From contig JACKPU010000002.1 in assembly GCA_024233285.1 (NCBI GenBank), positions 324,954 through 388,953 on the forward strand: a DNA stretch of 64,000 nt. Reading direction: 5' to 3'. A program made the translations under genes and the position numbers. Positions 39,913 through 49,775 of this stretch are shown in pieces (the first letter of the stretch is position 1; each line of letters begins with the position of its first letter). The notes under the pieces were generated by a model, which saw nothing but the letters and a program-made list of their open reading frames with translations, was not told the origin of the DNA and ran no database searches. The stretch is from Opitutaceae bacterium. Lineage in GTDB: Bacteria > Verrucomicrobiota > Verrucomicrobiia > Opitutales > Opitutaceae.

Positions 39913-42216
39913 ATGCAAGGAATCGATTTCATTCAGGATCTGGCGGTGGTGATGTTGGTGGCCGGCTTGGTGGGCTGGGTCTGCCATCGCTTGGGTCTGT
40001 CGGTGATCGTCGGATTTCTGGCGGCCGGCATGGTCATCGGACCATTCACGCCGCCGTTTTCGCTCGTAACGGACGAAGCGCGCATCGAGACGCTCGCGCA
40101 GGTCGGCCTCGTGTTCCTGATGTTCTCGATCGGCATGAAGCTGAGCTTGCGCAAATTGCGCCGGCTGGGCTGGCCGCTGGTCGTGGCGACGTTTGTGACC
40201 GCGCTGGTGGTTTATAATCTTTCCCGCCTGGCCGCACCGTGGTTTGGCCTGACCGGCGTTTCGGCGGTGTTTTTTGCCGCGATGATCATCGTTTCGTCCT
40301 CGGCGATCATCAGCAAGGTGCTGCAAGAATCGGGTTTGAATCACGACAAGGCCGGCCAGATGGCGATGGGCGTGACCGTGCTTGAGGACGTGGTGGCGGT
40401 GATCAGCCTGGCGTTGTTGAATTCGGTCGTGCTGATCGGCGGCCTGGGCGGCGAATCGAAGGTGGGCGAGACCTTGGGCTCGTTAAGCGCCTTTGTGGTG
40501 CTGGCGGTGGTGGTTGGCCTGCTGGCCGTGCCGTGGTTGTTGCGCCGCCTGGCGGAATCGGCGAGCGAGGAACTGCAAACGCTGGTCGTGGCCGGGCTTA
40601 TGCTTGGTCTGGCGCTGACGGCGCAGAAGGCCGGCTATTCGCTGGCGATGGGCGCGTTTATCCTTGGTTCGATTGTGGCCGAGACACCTTATCGTGCCCA
40701 AGTGGAGCGGGTTTTTGAGGGCACGCGCGACATGTTTAGCGCGGTGTTCTTCGTCTCGATCGGTATGCAGATCGATGTGCGCATGCTGGGCGATTCATGG
40801 CTGCTGGTCTTGGGCGCCTCGGTGCTGGCCTTGGTGGCGCGCACGGTGGGCGGGGCCTGTGGCATGTTGGTGACCGGCGTCGAATTACGCGAGGCATTGC
40901 GCGTGGGACTGATTGTGACGCCGATCGGCGAATTCTCGTTCATCATCGTGCAGCTGGGCGTGACGGCCGGTGTGGTGCCCGAGCGGTTTCAAGCGGTGGC
41001 GGTGGGGTTGTCGCTGTTGACCGCCCTGGCTTCGCCATTCCTCACCCGGCGCTCGGCGCAAATCAGCGATTGGGTGGCGGGCAAGCAGCCGGCGTGGTTT
41101 GAATCGTGGTTCAGGTATTACGACGGCCTGCTCGAACGCATGCGTTTGCAGCAGAAGAAAAGCATTCTCTGGCAGGTGAGTCGCAAGCGCGTGATCCAAA
41201 TCGGCATGGAGGTGCTGCTTGTCACCGGGTTGCTGCTCTTTGCCGAACCGATGTTCGCCTTGGTGAAAAACTTCATTCCCGGGGAAACGCTGTTCGAGGG
41301 CGCGCCGCGGTTGATTTTCTGGAGCGTGCTGACGGTGGTGGTGCTGCTGCCGCTGCTGGCGATATGGCGCAACGCCGCCGCGCTCGCGATGATCTACTCG
41401 GAATTGAGCACGGCGGGGAATTCGCGACTGGCCCGGATCCGGCGTTACTTTGAGGCGGGCTTCAAGATTCTCGCGGCGGTGCTGATCTTCATCTGGTTGA
41501 GCGCGATCGTGCCGATCGGTGGAATGGGCGAATGGATGCCATTGATCGCGCTGTTGATCGCCATTTTTGCGATCGGTCTGCTGCGCAGTAAACTCATCTA
41601 CTGGCACAGTGTGCTGGAGGTCGAATTGCAGGAACGCCTGCTGCAGCCCGAAGGCAGCATGGACGGCACCACACCGCCGATCCTGGCCGCGCACAGCGAA
41701 TGGAAACTCACGCTGGCGGAATGTCAGGTGCCGGACCGGGCTGACGTGAGCGGGCGCACGCTGGGCGAGCTCGGCTTGCGGGCCAAAACGGGCTGCACCG
41801 TTGCACGGGTGGAACGCCAAGGGGTCGTGATTGAAACCCCGCCGGCGAGCTTTGCACTTTATCCGCGTGATCGCGTTTTGCTGCTCGGCACCCCGGATCA
41901 AACCGCCGCGGGCAAGACCTTTCTGCTCAGTGCGACCGGCGCCGATACGGCCGATGAGTTGGACGATGTGATCATGGAGACGGTCGATGTGCCGCCGGAA
42001 AGCGGCTTGATCGGCCGCACTCTGGCCGAGCTCGCGCCGACCGAACGGGTGGGCGTGCAAGTGGCCGGAATCAAACGCGCCGGGGTCCGGCTCCTGAACC
42101 TCGGAGGCGATGAAAAACTCTTCGCTGGCGACGAAGTGCTGCTCTTGGGCACAGCCACGCAGATCCAAGCGTTTGAACGCTGGTTGATTGAGCCGCCGCA
42201 AGGTCAGGCGCGTTGA
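39913..42216 (+). CDS. CPA2 cation:proton antiporter with extra TMs and two TrkA-C (RCK_C) domains
   Basis: IQDLAVV, SSSAII, LEDVVAV, FFVSIG, GEFSF; C-terminal GRTLGELGLR and GRTLAEL repeats. Confidence 0.9.
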   Translation: MQGIDFIQDLAVVMLVAGLVGWVCHRLGLSVIVGFLAAGMVIGPFTPPFSLVTDEARIETLAQVGLVFLMFSIGMKLSLRKLRRLGWPLVVATFVTALVVYNLSRLAAPWFGLTGVSAVFFAAMIIVSSSAIISKVLQESGLNHDKAGQMAMGVTVLEDVVAVISLALLNSVVLIGGLGGESKVGETLGSLSAFVVLAVVVGLLAVPWLLRRLAESASEELQTLVVAGLMLGLALTAQKAGYSLAMGAFILGSIVAETPYRAQVERVFEGTRDMFSAVFFVSIGMQIDVRMLGDSWLLVLGASVLALVARTVGGACGMLVTGVELREALRVGLIVTPIGEFSFIIVQLGVTAGVVPERFQAVAVGLSLLTALASPFLTRRSAQISDWVAGKQPAWFESWFRYYDGLLERMRLQQKKSILWQVSRKRVIQIGMEVLLVTGLLLFAEPMFALVKNFIPGETLFEGAPRLIFWSVLTVVVLLPLLAIWRNAAALAMIYSELSTAGNSRLARIRRYFEAGFKILAAVLIFIWLSAIVPIGGMGEWMPLIALLIAIFAIGLLRSKLIYWHSVLEVELQERLLQPEGSMDGTTPPILAAHSEWKLTLAECQVPDRADVSGRTLGELGLRAKTGCTVARVERQGVVIETPPASFALYPRDRVLLLGTPDQTAAGKTFLLSATGADTADELDDVIMETVDVPPESGLIGRTLAELAPTERVGVQVAGIKRAGVRLLNLGGDEKLFAGDEVLLLGTATQIQAFERWLIEPPQGQAR

Positions 42217-42231
42217 TTGCGCCTCCGCCGA

Positions 42232-42450
42232 TCAGACTTTATCGTCAGGCGTCTTCTTTGACGCGTCGGCCTTGGCCTCTTCCTCTTCCTTGGTGGCCTT
42301 CTTGAATTCCTTGATGGACTGACCGAGGCCCTTGGCGAGTGACGGCAGCTTGGCCCCGCCAAACAGCACCAGCAAAATCACCAAGATGACAATCAGCTCG
42401 GTGGTGCCGAGACCGAAGATGCCGAAGAATACGGCGGGAAGGGAGTCCAT
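42232..42450 (-). CDS. tatA: Twin-arginine translocase TatA/E
   Basis: ELIVILVILLVLFGGAKLP.LAKGLGQSIKEFKK. Confidence 0.95.
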   Translation of the reverse strand: MDSLPAVFFGIFGLGTTELIVILVILLVLFGGAKLPSLAKGLGQSIKEFKKATKEEEEAKADASKKTPDDKV

Positions 42451-42496
42451 GGTTGGAAGCTAGACCAGAGTAATGGGCTGTAAAGCGGGAAACAGG

Positions 42497-44329
42497 TCAG
42501 GAGCGCGGGGGCAGCAGGGCGGAACCAAGGGCGCCGATGCCCGCGGGATGAAGGCCGGAGGCGGGATTGGTGCCGGCGGCGACCTTCATGAGATTCTGCG
42601 CGTTGTCGATCTGCTCGGCGTCGAAGAAACCGTGCAGCTGGCGGATGCGGGTCGGGTGGCGCATCTTGCGCAGGGCCTTGGCCTCGATCTGACGGATGCG
42701 TTCGCGGGTGACCTTGAACTGCTTGCCGACCTCCTCGAGGGTGCGGCTGTAGCCGTCGACCAAGCCGAAACGGAGCGAGAGCACGCGGCGTTCGCGCTCG
42801 GTGAGCGAATCGAGCACGTCGATAATCTTCTCACGCAAGAGCGAGAACGCAGTCATGTCGTAAGGATTCTCGGCGGACTTGTCCTCGATGAAGTCACCGA
42901 AGCTGGTGTCATCACCGTCACCGACGGGCGATTGCAGTGAGATGGGCTGCTGCGCCATCTTCATGATTTGCTGCACGCGTTCGACGGGCAGGTTCATCTC
43001 GTCGGCCACTTCCTCGGGCGTCGGCTCATGACCGAATTCCTGGAGGAGCTGCTTTTGCACCTGCATCACCTTGTTCAGGGTCTCGATCATGTGGACCGGG
43101 ATGCGGATGGTGCGGGCCTGATCGGCGATGGAACGCGTGATCGCCTGACGGATCCACCACGTGGCGTAGGTGGAGAACTTGTAGCCGCGGCGGTATTCGA
43201 ATTTCTCGACCGCCTTCATCAGGCCCATGTTGCCTTCCTGAATGAGGTCGAGGAAGGAGAGGCCGCGATTGGTGTATTTCTTGGCGATGGAGATCACGAG
43301 GCGGAGGTTGGCCTCGACCATCTCGGTCTTGGCCTTGTGGGCCTCGCGGACGTGAACGTTGGTCTGGTTGACGATTTCCAGCAGGCGCTCGGGATCGATG
43401 CGCTGGGCGGCCTCGATGTTCTTGAGCTGGGACTTGATCTCCTTGCTGTCGATGGCGGCGTCGCGCTTGGTCTTCGGGTGCTTGGCGCGTTCGAGTTGTG
43501 CGGTCAGCAGGCCGATCTTTTCGATGACGGGGCGAAGCTGTTCGAGATATTCCTCGTAGACCTTCAGCTTGAAGTAAAATTTGCCGAAATTGGGGCGCAG
43601 CAGGTTCTCGCGCTTGCGCATCTTGGCCATGACCTTCTTGCGGTCGGCTTCTGAGCGGGCCTTCAGGTATTCCTCCCAAGCGGCGGCGACGGAGGCTTCG
43701 CCCTTTTGGGTGGTCTCGACGAGCTTGGGCAGGGATTTGAAATAGGCTTCGCGGCTGTCGATCTTCTTGTCGATGACGATGCGATCAAAACGCTCCTCGC
43801 GGTTGAGTAGGCGCTGGCCGAGATAGCAGATGTAGGCGCCGACGGCGGTGGCTTGGAAGAGAGCTTCCTGCGCCTTGAGCTCGGCGTTTTCGATGCGCTT
43901 GGAGATTTCAACTTCCTGTTCGCGGGTCAGCAGCGGCACCTGGCCCATCTGCTTGAGATACATGCGGACCGGGTCGTCGAGGATATCGTGCTGCGAGGAG
44001 CGGGTCTCTTCCTCCTCGGCCTCCTCCATGCGCTGCTTGTATTCCTGCACCTGATCGGGTTCGAGAATCTCGATCTCGAGATTTTGCAGGATGGAGAGGA
44101 TGTTATCGATTTCCTCCTGATTTTCGACGGACTCGGGCAAGGCCTCGTTGATGTCGTCGAAGGTGAGGTAGCCCTGCTCCTTGGACTGGCGGATGAGTTG
44201 GCGGATCTTTTCGTTGATTCCGCTGGCGGCGAGGTCGGCCGATCCACTGTCGCCGGATTTGTTGAGGACGTCTTCAACGGCGTCGGCGTGGGTGGAACTG
44301 GCTTTGGCGGATTTGGCTTTGCGCGGCAT
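42497..44329 (-). CDS. rpoD: Primary sigma factor RpoD
   Basis: Region 1.1, [49 protein letters not shown]. Confidence 0.98.
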   Translation of the reverse strand: MPRKAKSAKASSTHADAVEDVLNKSGDSGSADLAASGINEKIRQLIRQSKEQGYLTFDDINEALPESVENQEEIDNILSILQNLEIEILEPDQVQEYKQRMEEAEEEETRSSQHDILDDPVRMYLKQMGQVPLLTREQEVEISKRIENAELKAQEALFQATAVGAYICYLGQRLLNREERFDRIVIDKKIDSREAYFKSLPKLVETTQKGEASVAAAWEEYLKARSEADRKKVMAKMRKRENLLRPNFGKFYFKLKVYEEYLEQLRPVIEKIGLLTAQLERAKHPKTKRDAAIDSKEIKSQLKNIEAAQRIDPERLLEIVNQTNVHVREAHKAKTEMVEANLRLVISIAKKYTNRGLSFLDLIQEGNMGLMKAVEKFEYRRGYKFSTYATWWIRQAITRSIADQARTIRIPVHMIETLNKVMQVQKQLLQEFGHEPTPEEVADEMNLPVERVQQIMKMAQQPISLQSPVGDGDDTSFGDFIEDKSAENPYDMTAFSLLREKIIDVLDSLTERERRVLSLRFGLVDGYSRTLEEVGKQFKVTRERIRQIEAKALRKMRHPTRIRQLHGFFDAEQIDNAQNLMKVAAGTNPASGLHPAGIGALGSALLPPRS

Positions 44330-44353
44330 GGTGATATCGAGAGGCGAAAAAAG

Positions 44354-46198
44354 TCAGACCACCAGCGGAATGGCGAGGGGCTGGCGGAGCTGACGCTGGA
44401 GTTCGGAACGTTCTTTTAAGAGTGAAATTGGGTCACTTTTACTGTCCGCATGGTGGTTGGCTAAATCAAGTTCTATTTGCAAAAGCCTGGGTTCAAGCGC
44501 GCGAGTCCTCAACAAGCGCAATCCCTCAGTCGCCACTTTGTGCGGATCATCGAAGGCAGGCGTATCGAAAAGCAGCGAAGCGACAAGCGCTTTTTCCTCA
44601 GGGGTTTCCAACAGATCGTCGAGGTGGTCGCGTCCCGGCCAGCTGGCATGTTCGAATTCGGCTAAAAAGCGGTTCAAAAGCACACCCGCCGGATGGCTGA
44701 TATCGATCCAATCATGGGGCAAAACCGCCGAAATCGGGCGGCCCATCTGCTCGAAATGCAGGCAAACCATGAGCAAATGCAGTTCGGGCGTGGGCGAATC
44801 GGACCGCACGACCGGATTCGGGGCCTCCGCCACCGGAGATCTGCCGCGGTGGGTTTTGAACTGTTGAAAATCGCGGGCCATGGCCCCTGTGGCGATGCGC
44901 AGATGGCCGGCGGCTTCGCGCAAAAACTCGCTTTGGGCGACCTCGGATTCCGCCGCGGTGATCAGCTCCATGATGGCCCGGGCGGCGCGGGATTTTTGTT
45001 CCGAAGTGGCTCCGGCGGGATCCGGCAGCAACGACTGGCAGGCGTAGGCCATGGCCGAAAGCGAGGATTGCTTGAGTTCGTCGTAGGCGCTGAGACCGCG
45101 TTCGAGAAACAGCACATCGGGATCGACCTTCGCGGCACCGGCCTGACGCAGGAAGCGCGCCTCAATGCCGGCTTTCAACGCCATGGGCAGGAAACGCAAC
45201 GCGGCCTTTTGGCCGGCGCTGTCGCTGTCGAAAAAGCATTCCACCTGCGAATGGTAGCGGCGCAGCAGCACGAGCTGCGTGTCGGTGATCGACGTGCCCT
45301 GCGGGGCGATCGCGGTCTTCAAGCCGACGCTCCAGCAACGCAGGGCATCGAGCTGGCCCTCGACGAGCACGAAGGGTTTGCCTTCGCCCACGGCGGTGCG
45401 CGCGCGGTCGAGATTGAACAGCAGATTGCCCTTGGTGAAAATCGGGGTTTCCGGCGAGTTGACGTATTTCGCCTCGCGCGCCGGATCGTCTTCCGGCGTG
45501 AGCTCGGTTTGCCGCGCGGTGAAGGCGACGACGCGGCCCTGATGGTCGCGAATCGGAATCATCAACCGGCCGCGAAACCGCGGGCGCAGCGCGTGCAACG
45601 TCAGGGCACTGTGTTCGCGGATGAAGAACAATCCGCATTGGCGCAGCGCGTCTTCACTGAAATGGCGCTTGAGCAGTTGTGCGCCCAGCGTGTCTTCGCC
45701 GGTGGGGGCGCCGCCGATTTTGAACTCCTCGGCCAGTTCGGGCGTGAACCGGCGTTGCTCGACCCAATAGCGCCGCAAGTAATCGCCGGTGGGATTGGCG
45801 CCGCGAAAGACCTGATGATAGTGCTCGGTCGCGAGTTCGTGGATTTCGAAAATCTCCTGTCGCAACGAGCGCTCCTCGCGGCTTGGACCGGAGCCCTGTT
45901 CGTATTCGATCTCGACGTTGAAACGCTGACCGATGGCCTCGACCGCTTCGGTGAATCCGAGTTGCTCGGTCTCGCGCACAAAACTGATGATGTCACCCGC
46001 CTTGCCGCAGCCGAAGCACTTGTAGAACCCTTTGTCCGAATCGACGTGAAAGGACGGGGTCTTCTCGTTGTGAAACGGACACAATCCCTTCAAGCGCGAG
46101 CCGCCGGCCTTGCGCAAGGTCACCACGCGGGAAACGACGTCGGCCAGATTGACCCGCAACTTCAGATCGCGGACGCAGGTGGGTTTGATGACAGGCAT
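44354..46198 (-). CDS. dnaG: DNA primase
   Basis: CPFHNEKTPSF..CFGC zinc finger, KYVNSPET, VEGQLD, FDSDSAG. Confidence 0.97.
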   Translation of the reverse strand: MPVIKPTCVRDLKLRVNLADVVSRVVTLRKAGGSRLKGLCPFHNEKTPSFHVDSDKGFYKCFGCGKAGDIISFVRETEQLGFTEAVEAIGQRFNVEIEYEQGSGPSREERSLRQEIFEIHELATEHYHQVFRGANPTGDYLRRYWVEQRRFTPELAEEFKIGGAPTGEDTLGAQLLKRHFSEDALRQCGLFFIREHSALTLHALRPRFRGRLMIPIRDHQGRVVAFTARQTELTPEDDPAREAKYVNSPETPIFTKGNLLFNLDRARTAVGEGKPFVLVEGQLDALRCWSVGLKTAIAPQGTSITDTQLVLLRRYHSQVECFFDSDSAGQKAALRFLPMALKAGIEARFLRQAGAAKVDPDVLFLERGLSAYDELKQSSLSAMAYACQSLLPDPAGATSEQKSRAARAIMELITAAESEVAQSEFLREAAGHLRIATGAMARDFQQFKTHRGRSPVAEAPNPVVRSDSPTPELHLLMVCLHFEQMGRPISAVLPHDWIDISHPAGVLLNRFLAEFEHASWPGRDHLDDLLETPEEKALVASLLFDTPAFDDPHKVATEGLRLLRTRALEPRLLQIELDLANHHADSKSDPISLLKERSELQRQLRQPLAIPLVV

Positions 46199-46311
46199 TG
46201 AGCGGCGGCGCGCCGACCGGCGCGAAGAATGCACTTTCAACCGGGGGGGGCTGCTGTCAAGTTTCCCGCCCGGTTTAGGAAACATCGCCCGTTTCCAGGC
46301 TACTTATGGTT

Positions 46312-47340
46312 ATGCGACTTTATCTTTTAGCGGCCCTGCTTTTGGCCAATTTGTCCACCGCTTTTGCGGCGGAGGCCCCTGCGCCGGCCGCGCCGTTGCC
46401 GGTCTGGGAGACGACCTTGCCCGATTTCAGCCAGGTTGAATATAATCAGGCCGTTGAGCGTTTGATCGCGGATTTTGAAAGCCGGACCGACCGGCGGATG
46501 GTGCCGGGGGAGAAAGGGAAGGTCGGTCTAAAAATCTATGCCGATTCCGGTCCGGGCATGGCCACGCCGATGCCTCTGGTGCGCGCGGTGATCAATGCAC
46601 TTGAGCGCCGCGGTTTCGCCAAGGAAAACATCTTTTTGGTCGGTTTGAATCAATTGCGTCTGCGCATGACCGGTTATCTGCCGTCGATGGCGAGCGCCGA
46701 ATCGGCCTTTCCGGGGCATCCAATCTTCGTGTTGGAGTCGGGCCGCTACTTCGATCCGGTGTGGTTTTATGACAGTCCGCTGCCGCAGCGCTTCGACCCG
46801 ATTTTTGTGGAAAACCAGACCAAGGGCGTGGAGGCGGATACCTCCAAGGATCAGGATCGCAAAAGCTTCCTGGCCACGCCGCTTTTTCTCGAAGCCGATT
46901 TTTGGATCAATCTGCCGGTTTACACCGATCACCCGACGCTTGGCATCAACGGCTCGCTCGTGAACGCCACCCTGTGGAACGCTTCGAACACCGCGCGCTT
47001 TTTCCGCAGTCCGGCCAATGCTCCGGCGGCGGTGGCCGAGATGAGCGCCATCCCCGAATTGCGGCAGACCTGGGCTTTCACCTTGGTCAGTCTGCAGCAC
47101 TATCAATACATCGGCGGGCCCTTCTTCAATTCGCTCTATTCGGTTTCCGAGCCCAAACTGTGGCTCAGCCGTGACCCGGTCATGCTGGATGCGATGATGC
47201 TCGAACGCATCAATCGCTGGCGCAAACTCTCAGGCTTCAATCCCGTCTCCGAGGAGATCCGCACCCTGGAATTCGCCCAGCTGCTGGGAGTCGGCGTGGA
47301 TGATCCCAAGCAGGCCAAGATTATCGAAGTCCCGGAATAA
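46312..47340 (+). CDS. Secreted DUF362-like protein
   Basis: Sec signal (..STAFA/AE); KVGLKI...T..PLVRAVI.AL; ADFWINLP...H...G..GSL.N; DPV.LD. Confidence 0.6.
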   Translation: MRLYLLAALLLANLSTAFAAEAPAPAAPLPVWETTLPDFSQVEYNQAVERLIADFESRTDRRMVPGEKGKVGLKIYADSGPGMATPMPLVRAVINALERRGFAKENIFLVGLNQLRLRMTGYLPSMASAESAFPGHPIFVLESGRYFDPVWFYDSPLPQRFDPIFVENQTKGVEADTSKDQDRKSFLATPLFLEADFWINLPVYTDHPTLGINGSLVNATLWNASNTARFFRSPANAPAAVAEMSAIPELRQTWAFTLVSLQHYQYIGGPFFNSLYSVSEPKLWLSRDPVMLDAMMLERINRWRKLSGFNPVSEEIRTLEFAQLLGVGVDDPKQAKIIEVPE

Positions 47341-47382
47341 ACCGCTTGTCAGCCGCGCCGCCGGCCGCGAAATTCTGTTCCG

Positions 47383-47754
47383 ATGACCTCACCGTATCTG
47401 CCGTTTTTCATCCAAGCCGTGCTGGCTGGTGGCATTGCTGCCGCGATCATCATCGCCACGCACCTGTTCGGGCAGCGCGCCGCGAAAAACAAGATCAAAG
47501 ACTCCGCTTACGAGTGCGGTGTGCCGGCGGAAGGCATCGTGCATTCGCGCTTCTCGGTGAAGTTCTATGTCACGGTGATGCTCTTCATCCTGTTCGATAT
47601 CGAAGTGGTGTTCCTGATCCCGCTCTGCTTCGTGTATCGTGATTTTCTGGCCCACAACATCGCGATCTTCTGGCCGGTCATGTTCTTCATCGGCGTGCTG
47701 GTGCTGGGACTCTTTTACGAAATCAAAAAGGGCGCGCTCGAATGGGAGAAGTGA
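47383..47754 (+). CDS. nuoA: NADH-quinone oxidoreductase subunit A (stand-alone)
   Basis: K.SAYECG, RFSVKFY, FILFDIEVVFL, YEIKKGALEW. Confidence 0.95.
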   Translation: MTSPYLPFFIQAVLAGGIAAAIIIATHLFGQRAAKNKIKDSAYECGVPAEGIVHSRFSVKFYVTVMLFILFDIEVVFLIPLCFVYRDFLAHNIAIFWPVMFFIGVLVLGLFYEIKKGALEWEK

Positions 47755-47798
47755 GCGCGCGGTGCGATTAAAGCCGGTGCGGCGACAGGACTAACCCC

Positions 47799-49139
47799 AT
47801 GCGGCTCGAAAAAATCATCGCCCGCAGCCGCATTGTTGACCTGCACAGTGTCACGCTCCGCGGCGCCTTGGAGGAGTTGCTGGCGGTTTGCGCCGAGCGG
47901 TTCACTGATCTGAAACCCGACACGCTCTTGCGCGGCCTGCTGGCCCGCGAAAGCACCATGACCACTTATCTGGGTTCGGGGGTTTCACTCCCGCACGTGC
48001 GGGTGAAAATGAAGCGCCGCTACGTGCTCGCGATCGGGCGCAGCCGTGCCGGTGTCCGGCACGAGGGCGCCAAAGACGATGAGAAGGTGCACCTCATTCT
48101 CATGTTGTTGGCGGGAGAAAATGCCCGCGACTACCTGCAGGTGCTCGCGTCGATCGCGCGCCAGGTGCGCGAACCGGAACTGGTGGAGAAGCTGACCAGC
48201 TCGCCGGATCTCGACACGCTCTATGAGCGCCTGATCGGCGGGTTTGGCAGCATCCGCCCGGTGCAGGCGCAGCAAAACCGCACCAACCGGCTGATGTTTC
48301 AAGAGGCGCAACGCGTGGCGCGTGGCGCGTCCTGCCAGGCGATCATGGTTTTCGGCGATACATTTGTCGGCGGCATTCAACCCGGCACGCTGCGCTCGCG
48401 CATGAAGACCATTTTGGTCACGCGCAATCCCGTCGAGCCGAGCGAAGATCAGCAGGATTTCAACGTGACCCTGCAGGTGCGCTCGTTCTCCAGCCAGCGC
48501 ATGGCCCAGCTGCGCAGCGCGATCTTGATGGCCCTCACCCACGGGGTGCTGACCTTTAACGACCGGATTTGCTGCGTCGGCGGCGTGGCGGGCAGCAATC
48601 AATTCGACACCCTGACGGTCGTCGAAATCGACCGCGAATTCCAAACCCTGCTCACCGGCCGGCACGATTTGGTGCCGGAGGACGTCAAACCCGAGGTGCT
48701 GGAACGCGTCATTGGCGTCGCGACGGAGCTGGCGGTCGAGGGACGCGAAGGCAAACCGGTCGGTTGCCTGTTTGTGGTGGGCGATATCGACACCGTGCTT
48801 AAATTCGCCAAGCCCTTGGTGCTCAATCCGTTTTACGGCTACAAAGAGGAAGATCGCAACATCCTCAATCCGTTCATGGATGAGACCGTGAAGGAGTTTT
48901 CCTCGATTGACGGCGCTTTTCTGATTGGGGGCGACGGAGTGGTGGAGTCCGCGGGCAGCTTGATTCAGGCGGTGGACACCGAACATGCCCTGCCCAGCGG
49001 ATTGGGGAGCCGGCATGCGGCGGCGGCGGCCATCAGCCTCCAGGCCCAGTGCATCGCGATCGTGGTGTCATCCAGCAGCGGTCAAGTGACGCTTTTCCGG
49101 CGGGGCGTCATGCTGCCGTTGACCGAAAAGCGTCACTGA
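47799..49139 (+). CDS. PTS EIIA domain fused to a DisA_N diadenylate cyclase (DacZ-like)
   Basis: N-terminal RE..TT..G.GVSLPH (EIIA His66); C-terminal [30 protein letters not shown]. Confidence 0.88.
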   Translation: MRLEKIIARSRIVDLHSVTLRGALEELLAVCAERFTDLKPDTLLRGLLARESTMTTYLGSGVSLPHVRVKMKRRYVLAIGRSRAGVRHEGAKDDEKVHLILMLLAGENARDYLQVLASIARQVREPELVEKLTSSPDLDTLYERLIGGFGSIRPVQAQQNRTNRLMFQEAQRVARGASCQAIMVFGDTFVGGIQPGTLRSRMKTILVTRNPVEPSEDQQDFNVTLQVRSFSSQRMAQLRSAILMALTHGVLTFNDRICCVGGVAGSNQFDTLTVVEIDREFQTLLTGRHDLVPEDVKPEVLERVIGVATELAVEGREGKPVGCLFVVGDIDTVLKFAKPLVLNPFYGYKEEDRNILNPFMDETVKEFSSIDGAFLIGGDGVVESAGSLIQAVDTEHALPSGLGSRHAAAAAISLQAQCIAIVVSSSSGQVTLFRRGVMLPLTEKRH

Positions 49140-49210
49140 GGCTGCATCGAACTTTGGAGTTGCTCTGCGCCGGGCGCGGGCTTTGCTCTGACCCTTCACT
49201 TTTTAAAACC

Positions 49211-49375
49211 ATGCAAGAAAACATTATCCTCGAATGCACCGAAGCCCGCAAGGAGGGCAAGCCGGTCTCCCGTTACCTCAGCTCGCGCAACAAGAAGACC
49301 GTGACCGAGCGTATCGAGAAGAAGAAGTATAACCCGCACCTGAAGCGCCACACGGTGCACAAGGAAATCAAATAA
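49211..49375 (+). CDS. rpmG: 50S ribosomal protein L33
   Basis: [11 protein letters not shown]...SRY...RNKK....[21 protein letters not shown]. Confidence 0.95.
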   Translation: MQENIILECTEARKEGKPVSRYLSSRNKKTVTERIEKKKYNPHLKRHTVHKEIK

Positions 49376-49395
49376 GGGTTTCCCATCCTTTGACG

Positions 49396-49421
49396 AAACC
49401 GGACTTCGGTCCGGTTTTTTT
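49396..49421 (+). terminator. Rho-independent terminator after rpmG
   Basis: AAACCGGAC-TTCG-GTCCGGTTT followed by a T run. Confidence 0.9.
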
Positions 49422-49456
49422 GTGCCCGTTCACTGGGGGCAAGGCCCCGCCGGACC

Positions 49457-49705
49457 TCAGCTGGTCGCTTTCGGGTGTTTGCCGGCGCCGGTGCTGTGCA
49501 GTCGGCGGGCCGCCCGCCAGCCTTCGCGGTGCTTGCGGATCCAATCGAGCAACGCGCGCTCAAAACCAATATCGTAGCCCAAGCGCTCGGATTCGAGCCA
49601 CTTGTGCTTCAAAATCTCCTCCCGCTCGGCGAGAAATTCCTGATACAGGCTCGATTGCTTGACGAACTCGCGCGAGGAGTCGGGTTCTTGGGCAGGTAAA
49701 GTCAT
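49457..49705 (-). CDS. Small DUF4032-like protein
   Basis: EILKHKWLESERLGYDIGFERALLDW. Confidence 0.7.
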   Translation of the reverse strand: MTLPAQEPDSSREFVKQSSLYQEFLAEREEILKHKWLESERLGYDIGFERALLDWIRKHREGWRAARRLHSTGAGKHPKATS

Positions 49706-49775
49706 TCCTTGGCTGGTCAGGGTTTATCAGAGCGACGTGGTGCGCTCTGTCAATGCCGACAATTTTTCACAGTCG

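Noticed and set aside
49763-49771. Isolated DnaA-box match TTTTTCACA upstream of the DUF4032-like gene
   Set aside because: A single degenerate 9-mer can occur by chance in 64 kb
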